A stretch of DNA of 46,571 nt. It comes from Dehalococcoidia bacterium. Its GTDB lineage: Bacteria > Chloroflexota > Dehalococcoidia > Lucifugimonadales > UBA3495. Positions 39,767-46,571 of the stretch are shown here, one piece after another. The stretch spans positions 1-46,571 of the forward strand of contig JASLXV010000013.1 in the NCBI GenBank assembly GCA_030740155.1. The letters are read 5' to 3'. Both the position numbers and the translations under genes were made by a program. Under the pieces are notes generated by a model. The model had not been told where the DNA came from and made no database searches. It saw only the letters and a program-made list of their open reading frames with translations. Position 1 is the stretch's first letter, and the number at the start of each line of letters is the position of its first letter.

Positions 39767-41047
39767 ATGGCAGAAACCCTGGCCGGCCAAGAGGCCGGCG
39801 ACCAGCCCCGCAATTTGCGCCAAAAGGGAATTTTTATCCTGGGCGGCCTGAGCACTGGCCACGGCGTCTTCCACTGGATCAACCACAGCTTCATGGTAAT
39901 GCTGCCCGAGGTCGAAGAAACCTTCAACCTGAGTTCCGTCGAAGTCGGCGCGATAAGCTCCACCAGGGAAGTTGCCGGGGGCGTGATCGCCCTGCCCGGA
40001 GGGGCATTGACCGACATGACCCGGCGCTATTGGGGAGCGGTTTTGGCGGTTTGCATGGTGGTGTTCGGGCTGGGTGGAATGGTGATGGGGTTCTCTCCAG
40101 TGTATCCGATGCTCCTGGTGGGCATGGCTATGCTAGCCATATCTTCATCTATCTGGCACTTACCCGGTGTGGCGGCCCTTTCCCTCCACTTCGCCCACCG
40201 GCGCGGCTCTGCCCTCTCCATACATGGAATCGGGGGCAGTGCCGGCGATGTAATAGGCCCGATACTCACCGGTTTCCTGCTGGGCGTCTTGACCTGGCGG
40301 GAGATCATCGGAATATATGCGGCGATTCCTCTTTTTCTCGCTTTCCTGGTCTTTTGGGCCTTCCGGGACATTGGAAAATTCGGCGCCGTCGCACCCGAGG
40401 TACCGAGCTTCCGGGCCCAGATATCGCAAAGCCGGGGCATCCTCAAGAATGCCAGGTTATGGGGTATCACTCTGGTGGCCAGCATCCGCGGCATGGCATT
40501 CATCGCCCTGATTACCTTTCTTCCCCTCTACCTTGATGACGTGGCCCAACTGAGCAAAGGGTTGCGGGGGGTTTACTTCGCGGCGCCGATGGTGGTCGGA
40601 ATGTTGTTCACGCCCATTATGGGATACCTATCGGACCGTTTTGGGCGGAAGCTGGTCCTGATCCCGGGCATGATCTTCCTGTCATCGCTGGCGCTGGCGC
40701 TGGCGATGTTCGGCGAGGGGGTCGCCCTGCCGATCATAATCGGACTGATGGGGATGTTCCTGTACAGCGACCAGCCCATCCTGATGGCGGCGGCCCTGGA
40801 CATCGTTCGGACCAGCGTTGCCGGAACAACCCTCGGGGTACTCTCCTTCTCCCGGTTCGGTCTCAGCGCCGCTTCACCATTGATTGGCGGCGTCCTGTAC
40901 GATATCGACAAAACCTACCCGTTCTTCTATGTCGCCGGTCTGTTCGCCCTGGCGACCGTGGTCTTGATGGCCGTGCCCCTGGGGACCGGCGATCAAACTG
41001 CCGGCTCAGCGCCCAACGAGCAGATCGGGGACCGCGCCGCCCGGTAA
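39767..41047 (+). CDS. MFS transporter (FSR-like)
   Basis: About 12 TM helices, GYLSDRFGRK motif A, WHLPG and RGSALSIHGIGG. Confidence 0.9.
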   Translation: MAETLAGQEAGDQPRNLRQKGIFILGGLSTGHGVFHWINHSFMVMLPEVEETFNLSSVEVGAISSTREVAGGVIALPGGALTDMTRRYWGAVLAVCMVVFGLGGMVMGFSPVYPMLLVGMAMLAISSSIWHLPGVAALSLHFAHRRGSALSIHGIGGSAGDVIGPILTGFLLGVLTWREIIGIYAAIPLFLAFLVFWAFRDIGKFGAVAPEVPSFRAQISQSRGILKNARLWGITLVASIRGMAFIALITFLPLYLDDVAQLSKGLRGVYFAAPMVVGMLFTPIMGYLSDRFGRKLVLIPGMIFLSSLALALAMFGEGVALPIIIGLMGMFLYSDQPILMAAALDIVRTSVAGTTLGVLSFSRFGLSAASPLIGGVLYDIDKTYPFFYVAGLFALATVVLMAVPLGTGDQTAGSAPNEQIGDRAAR

Positions 41048-41149
41048 TACCTCAAGCGCCGGGGAGCACTCGGCTTTCCAAAACAAGTGAGGGACCAGAG
41101 AGGAAACGTAGCGTCATCCTGTCCCTGGCCCCAGCACGCACCGTGGGTT

Positions 41150-41683
41150 TCAATCCTCGGATTGGTTAACCCCGCCCTGGGATGCCTCCCAACGTTTGAC
41201 CCTCTCGTCAAACCATGGCTCGATCCACCGCTGGAACCACGGTCGCAGCAGCTGGCCAAAGGGTAGAAGCCGGAGCCAGCCCCGGTAGGCCAGAATGGAG
41301 TTCTTATGCGGGGCGACGGACGCACTGTCGAATCTCTTCAGCAGGCGGTAGGTCATGAAATAGGCGAGAGGCGGTAGCCGGTTATGCAAGTGATCGGCGG
41401 TCACGTGGGCCAGGTGGGCCAACACAACGCCCAGCAGCAGGGGATGATAGAACAGCAGAGCCAGCGTCAGAAGACCCGCTGCCGAGTACTCCCAGGCATG
41501 GAGAAAAACGAAAACTCGGTTCGGCCGTCCCTTGACGTACCACTGGTAATAATCGAACACATGGTCGATGTCCATCAGCACGCCGGTCACCAGGGCCAAG
41601 GCGCCCGCCTCCGGCGCGCCCGTGGCAACCCCCACACCAACACCCACCGCGCCCGAAATAAACGTATGGCCTACTGGGCCCAT
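41150..41683 (-). CDS. Putative membrane-bound metal-dependent hydrolase (YbcI-like)
   Basis: N-terminal GH, DIDH, FLHAWE, H...DH metal-ligand pattern with hydrophobic segments. Confidence 0.6.
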   Translation of the reverse strand: MGPVGHTFISGAVGVGVGVATGAPEAGALALVTGVLMDIDHVFDYYQWYVKGRPNRVFVFLHAWEYSAAGLLTLALLFYHPLLLGVVLAHLAHVTADHLHNRLPPLAYFMTYRLLKRFDSASVAPHKNSILAYRGWLRLLPFGQLLRPWFQRWIEPWFDERVKRWEASQGGVNQSED

Positions 41684-42270
41684 TTCGCCTTCGTCATCGC
41701 ACCGTCCCGGGTATCATAATAATCACAGAGGGCATGCAGTGGTGCTTATCCATATTGGACCGGCATATCGGACCGGCTGCGCACCAAACTTATCGGCATG
41801 AGCACCTCAAGCGGTCATTATATCCTGTGGTTCAGGTGGCTCCAAATATCCTCAACTGAATCGCTTCACTTCAAGCAGGGGAACCGCCACTTTCAATTTT
41901 CGCCGGGATTCACCAGGCCTCTGAAAAGCGCACATTTCAAGTTGCCGGCCCTCGCCGAAATTGTGGTGACGACCCAACTATTCCGCCGAGGAGAGAACTC
42001 AAGCCGCTTCTCTCCGAGTGCAAAAAGGCTAGGGCTGGGGTGCGAAGTCTGCTTTCGTTCCCCGGATGGATGAGGCGTTCCGGGTAATAGCCGGTGGAGG
42101 TATTTGTAGACCGCCGGCGGAGCCTCCCTTAGCCGGCCTTCGTTCGACGCCAATCGGCCGCATCTTTACCGAAACATGCCTGGTCTGGAACGGGGGGGGC
42201 ATGGTATAATTCGTGGCTGTCAACTGGCCGCAGAAACGTTAGCGAGCGAGCCTCATGAGGATATGCAAAC

Positions 42271-43509
42271 TTGGATGATGTGATCGTGGTCGGCGCCGGA
42301 CCCGCCGGCAACAACGCGGCGCTGGGACTGGCGTCCCGAGGATACTCAGTCACCGTAATCGACGCCAGACAGCGGATCGGCGAAAAGCTATGCACCGGCA
42401 TTGTCGGCCGGGAATGCACCGACCGGTTCCCGATAGACCCAGCACTGATCTACCGTGAGGCGTTTTCCGCTGACGTTGTCGCTCCCTCCATCGGCCATGT
42501 CCGCTTCGAAACCGCCACTCCCCAGGCGCACATTATCGACCGGGCGGCCTACGTCGCCTCCTTTGCCCACCGGGCCCAGGCGGCGGGAGCCAAGTACCTC
42601 CTCGGCCACCGCGTCCTCCGGGCCGTACCCGAACCGGATGGCGTGACGATCATCACCGATGGGGGCCGCCACTGGGCCCGTTCCCTGGTGCTGGCCGCCG
42701 GGTTCGCCACGGCGTTGACCCGCCAACTCGGGATGGGCATGGTTGCCGACTACGTCACCGGCGTTCAGGCGGAGGTATCGACCAGTGGGGTCCCAGAGGT
42801 GGAGGTCTACCTGGGCCACGACGTGGCTCCCGGTTTCTTCTCCTGGCTGGTGCCCACATCACCCGGCCGGGCCTTCGCCGGGCTTCTGGCCCGGCAGCAA
42901 GCCCAATCTCACCTGGCCAAGTTTATCCAGGTACAACAACAGGACGGAAAAGTTACCGGTGTCATCCGCGGCGCCGCCTCTTGGGGTATTCCGCTCCGGC
43001 CCCTGCGGCGGACCTATCAGGACCGGGTCCTGGTGGTGGGTGACGCCGCCGGCCAGGTCAAGCCCACCACCGGAGGCGGAATCTACTACTCGCTTCTGGC
43101 CGCCGAAATCGCTTCGCAGGTGCTGGGTGATGCGCTGGCGGCCGATGACCTGTCGGCGGCCCGGCTAAGCCGGTACCAACGCCGGTGGAAGCGGCTACTG
43201 GCCCGAGAGTTGGAGGTGGGGTACTCCGCCCGCCGGCTATTCGAATTCCTCAGCGACCAGCAGATCGGCTCGCTGGTCTACCAGGCTGCCAATAACGGCA
43301 TTCACGCCGACCTGCTCAGTACCGTTGACACATCCTTTGATTGGCACAGCCGGCTGATCGGGAAGGTGCTTGGCCATCCGGTGCTGGGAGGCGCACTCCG
43401 CTTGATCAACCCGCTGCTGGCCCGCCTGGCGCGGACCCCGGAGCCCGGCTTCGCATTGCCACCGGTGGCCAACAGCCAGCCGGACCCCCTGGTCAACCTC
43501 TCCAGCTAG
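42271..43509 (+). CDS. Geranylgeranyl reductase family FAD-dependent oxidoreductase
   Basis: DVIVVGAGPAG, LCTG, FFSWLVP, VGDAAGQVKPTTGGGIYY. Confidence 0.88.
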   Translation: MDDVIVVGAGPAGNNAALGLASRGYSVTVIDARQRIGEKLCTGIVGRECTDRFPIDPALIYREAFSADVVAPSIGHVRFETATPQAHIIDRAAYVASFAHRAQAAGAKYLLGHRVLRAVPEPDGVTIITDGGRHWARSLVLAAGFATALTRQLGMGMVADYVTGVQAEVSTSGVPEVEVYLGHDVAPGFFSWLVPTSPGRAFAGLLARQQAQSHLAKFIQVQQQDGKVTGVIRGAASWGIPLRPLRRTYQDRVLVVGDAAGQVKPTTGGGIYYSLLAAEIASQVLGDALAADDLSAARLSRYQRRWKRLLARELEVGYSARRLFEFLSDQQIGSLVYQAANNGIHADLLSTVDTSFDWHSRLIGKVLGHPVLGGALRLINPLLARLARTPEPGFALPPVANSQPDPLVNLSS

Positions 43510-43668
43510 CCGCCCCGGCTGCACCTGCTACAATAGCGACCAGAGGCTCCTCTTCGCGGCCATCGGCAACTCGGCGGGTGCTTGCCACCTCAAATCGAAG
43601 GGGACCGCTCTCGCCACGGCCGGTTCGCCGAAAGCGATCTCCAACTGCGATTGACAGGACACCTTTTC

Positions 43669-44568
43669 ATGCCAAAACACATAGCAGACACGCGACAGCT
43701 AAACCGGGAGTGGATAGAGCAAGAGTTGTTTCCACTCTGCGACTCCCTGCGAGACGGGAAAGCCCCAGGTAGCCCCCTGGCGGGAAAGGCACTCTATTGC
43801 CTGTTCTACGAGCCGAGCTTCCTTACCCGCACCTCATTCGAACGGGCGATGACCCTGCTCGGGGGGCAGGTACAGTTCACCGAGGATGCATCACAGTTCT
43901 TTCCGGTCCGGACATCGTCCTACATCGAGAACACCGTCAGGTTCCTGAGCAGCCTCCATTTCGATGCGGTGGTGTTGCGCAGCAGCCAGCCAGGGGCGGT
44001 TGCCGCCGCCGCCGAGGTGGACGTTCTCCCCGTAATCAGCGGGGGCAGCGACGACGATCACCCGACTCAAGCCATCCTCGATCTCTACACACTCAAGCGT
44101 GAGTTTGGAACGCTGGACGGCATCAAGCTGGCCGTGGTGGGCCGGGTCGACCACCGGAACGTTAACGCGCTGCTCATGGCCCTAACGCTCTTTCGGGATG
44201 TTCAGGTGATTTTGGTCCCGTTTACGGGACAGGCCAAGCCCGAGGTGTTGGAGTACTGCCGGAACGCCGGACTGACAATCAGCGTCGAAACGACGTTGGA
44301 CCCTTTTGCTCCGGACCTGAACGCCCTCTATTTGAACGGAGCCGAGACGGCAGCCCACGCGCAACTGCTGGAGGACCGCGGCCTTGTGAAGGTCAAAGTG
44401 GACGAGGAGCTACTGCGCAGCCTCCGGACTGATTGCGTCATCCTCGACCCGATGCAACGCAGCCAGCCTTTGATCGCAGACAGCGGGGATGCCAGGTGGG
44501 CCGGCTACCGGCAAGCAGAAAACGGCCTTTTCGTCAGGATGGCGCTCTTGCTCGGAATCCTGGAGTGA
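43669..44568 (+). CDS. Divergent aspartate/ornithine carbamoyltransferase-family protein (PyrB-like)
   Basis: LFYEPSFLTRTSFE (canonical STRT altered), HPTQAILDLYT, C-terminal DPMQR and YRQAENGLFVRMALL. Start placed at ATG 43669. Confidence 0.8.
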   Translation: MPKHIADTRQLNREWIEQELFPLCDSLRDGKAPGSPLAGKALYCLFYEPSFLTRTSFERAMTLLGGQVQFTEDASQFFPVRTSSYIENTVRFLSSLHFDAVVLRSSQPGAVAAAAEVDVLPVISGGSDDDHPTQAILDLYTLKREFGTLDGIKLAVVGRVDHRNVNALLMALTLFRDVQVILVPFTGQAKPEVLEYCRNAGLTISVETTLDPFAPDLNALYLNGAETAAHAQLLEDRGLVKVKVDEELLRSLRTDCVILDPMQRSQPLIADSGDARWAGYRQAENGLFVRMALLLGILE

Positions 44569-44794
44569 AATAGGGTCCGGGCACCGCAACCACGAGCCCG
44601 TCGTCCAGCACCACTTGGCAGCCAGGGGCAAACTCGTCCGGAAAGTCGACTGGGCGTTGGTAAACGGCGCTATCAACGACACCCGTCGCGCCCTTGTCGC
44701 CGCGCCGAAACTTGAAGTGATGGCCCATGCCAGTGACGATACCTAAAGGCCGCAACGCGCGGCAATCAGTGAATGTCGCTGATATGATGTTGGC

Positions 44795-45388
44795 ATGGTC
44801 AAGACAATCATCTTCGACCTGGGCGGAGTCCTGGTTCACTTGGACTGGGACGGTCTTTGCGCTCCTTTGGCAACGCTATCGGGCTGGGGGGCCGATTCGG
44901 TACGAGCGGAAGCCTACGGCGGGGCAATTGTATTCGAGTTCATGCGCGGCTCCATTGGTCCCCAGGAATTTCACGAAGCGTTTTGCAACAAGTTGGGGAT
45001 TGTTGTCTCATACGACGACTTCGCCGGGATCTGGTGTGCGCTGATAGGAACCAAGGCAAGCATAATCCCTTTGGTGGAGCGGCTGAGGCCGGGCCATCGT
45101 CTGGTGGTAGCATCGAACACCGATCAAATCCACTTCGCCTACACGCTCCAGCATGTTGACGTCCTGCGCCACTTCGACCGGTACTTCTTGTCCTACGAGA
45201 TGGGCCTGTTGAAGCCTGACCCGGCGTTCTTCCGCCAGGTGTTGCAGGACCTCGACACACCGCCCGCCGACTGCATCTTCATCGACGATCGGCCTGAGAA
45301 CGTGGAATCGGCACGGGGAGTTGGCATTACCGCGCTACTGTTTGAAGGGATCGAAAGACTACAAATTGACCTTGATGGCGCCCTTTGA
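44795..45388 (+). CDS. HAD-family phosphatase (YihX-like)
   Basis: FDLGGVL motif I, SNT motif II, KPDP, FIDDRPENV. Confidence 0.92.
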   Translation: MVKTIIFDLGGVLVHLDWDGLCAPLATLSGWGADSVRAEAYGGAIVFEFMRGSIGPQEFHEAFCNKLGIVVSYDDFAGIWCALIGTKASIIPLVERLRPGHRLVVASNTDQIHFAYTLQHVDVLRHFDRYFLSYEMGLLKPDPAFFRQVLQDLDTPPADCIFIDDRPENVESARGVGITALLFEGIERLQIDLDGAL

Positions 45389-46362
45389 CCGTGGACGGTG
45401 GGCCGTGCTGAGAATTGACCGAGCCAGGCAATCGAGAGCCGTCAGCACGAGCGACGCCTGCCAGGGCGCTGAGCGGAACTTGGGAGCCAGGCTTATACAT
45501 ACATAGCCGGGCGCTCAAGTTGACGGCGCGCCTCTGGACCAAAACTATTGGTCGAATAGCCATTCTTGCTTCTCGCCTGATAGCCTTGATTCCCCCACTC
45601 TTATCTCCCCGATCTCCTTCAGGTGCCAGTGCACCGTTAATGCACACCAAGTACCCATTGGGGGTTCGCTGGGCGATGCCAGCCCCAGATTCGTTGCCAG
45701 TGCGCTCCGCTCGGGCCCTACATAGAAGTTGCAGCACTTATCTCGGAGGCTCAATCGTGGTAAGGCAGGGGCCTATTCCATGCGCCGAGGCGGCATGAAG
45801 GGCCGACCGGGACAAAGCGACAATCAGGCGATGGATCGAACAGGAAAAGTTGAAAGCTTACAGAATCAGCCTCAAATGGTTGACTGATGAGCAGGACCCA
45901 TGGCGGGCGGGAGAGGCGTTGAGCCCCACTAGAGGGCTCACACTTCGCCGACGCTTCGAGCCAGTCCCGGCCTGTCAGCTAGAGGCCCTGGCTGTCTTGC
46001 TGCATCGTGGCCAAGGAGAAGAGAGGCCCCTGTTGCAGCAGCGGACCGCCGAGAAGACACGAACGATAATGAACTACCAAAATGATACCCCGGCGCCAGA
46101 CGCCATCCCACGTGCTTAGCTTGTATGTGCTAGCACACTACACCGTCAGTGTCACCACGTGTTCCACTTGTATAGGCAGGACTGTTTGCTGCTGTACAAC
46201 TGCGCCTTGATGACATCAGTTTCGCGGGACGACAGCCGCCGGAGCCGGTGCCGGTAACAGAGTCAAGACGATGCGGGAAGGTGACTCTGGCCGAACTTGC
46301 TCCCCAGCTTCCCGTCGAGCCGGCTTCCCGCAACACTTGCGTTGCATAGAAGGGGTAGATCC

Positions 46363-46571
46363 ATGAGTTCCTCTGCCAACATGGTGGCCGGGTTCAGCAC
46401 TGGGACCGGCCCGCGGATCGATTGGCGCAAGCACAAGAGTTTTGCCGCGCTGGCGGTCCTGTTTGCGTTGCTTGCCCTTTCACTGGGTTGCGGTCTCATC
46501 GGCGGCGGCGACGACGCCGAAGAAGACCTCGCCGGAACGGAACAGACGGTTGAAGGCGAGGACGCGGAGGA
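46363..46571 (+). CDS. Putative lipoprotein, partial (runs off right edge)
   Basis: ATG after AGAAGGGG. RKHK, hydrophobic stretch and SLGC lipobox, then an acidic linker. Open to the window end. Confidence 0.65.
   Translation, partial: MSSSANMVAGFSTGTGPRIDWRKHKSFAALAVLFALLALSLGCGLIGGGDDAEEDLAGTEQTVEGEDAE

Noticed and set aside
44534..44839. Minus-strand 101-aa ORF with a beta-rich, SH3-like look
   Set aside because: Overlaps both neighbouring plus-strand genes and has no clear RBS. It may be a small gene remnant, but I cannot support it without a search.

Overview
GC-rich bacterial window, most likely Chloroflexota (Dehalococcoidia/SAR202-like). The taxonomy is inferred from protein style and was not tested. 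The right half (about 25.9-46.6 kb) is ordinary backbone: HpcH aldolase, hflK-hflC, ftsH, glnA, M6-like metalloprotease, pth, ligA, MFS transporter, geranylgeranyl reductase family protein, a divergent carbamoyltransferase and a HAD hydrolase. The left half (1 to about 24.8 kb) looks like an integrative element. A large serine recombinase sits at a junction that truncates sucC, with its own small regulators and operator repeats nearby. The probable cargo is a minus-strand respiratory operon: CydA-like membrane cytochrome b, diheme and monoheme cytochromes c, Tat-exported anammox/Nitrospira-type NxrA, a small protein, NxrB, a TorD chaperone, tail-anchored NxrC, a receiver protein, UspA and HemA. 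It is accompanied by an AhbD-like radical SAM protein and a PAS-GAF-BTAD (DnrS-like) regulator. The most striking detail is an in-frame TGA in nxrB at the second Cys of the first Fe-S motif (C-I-A-TGA-Q-T-C), followed at the expected spacing by a SECIS-like hairpin with a GUA loop. This suggests a selenocysteine-ligated Fe-S cluster in an NXR beta subunit. A Rex-type operator upstream of the operon suggests the enzyme may work as an anaerobically induced nitrate reductase rather than a nitrite oxidase. All functional calls come from motif recognition; no database searches were run.
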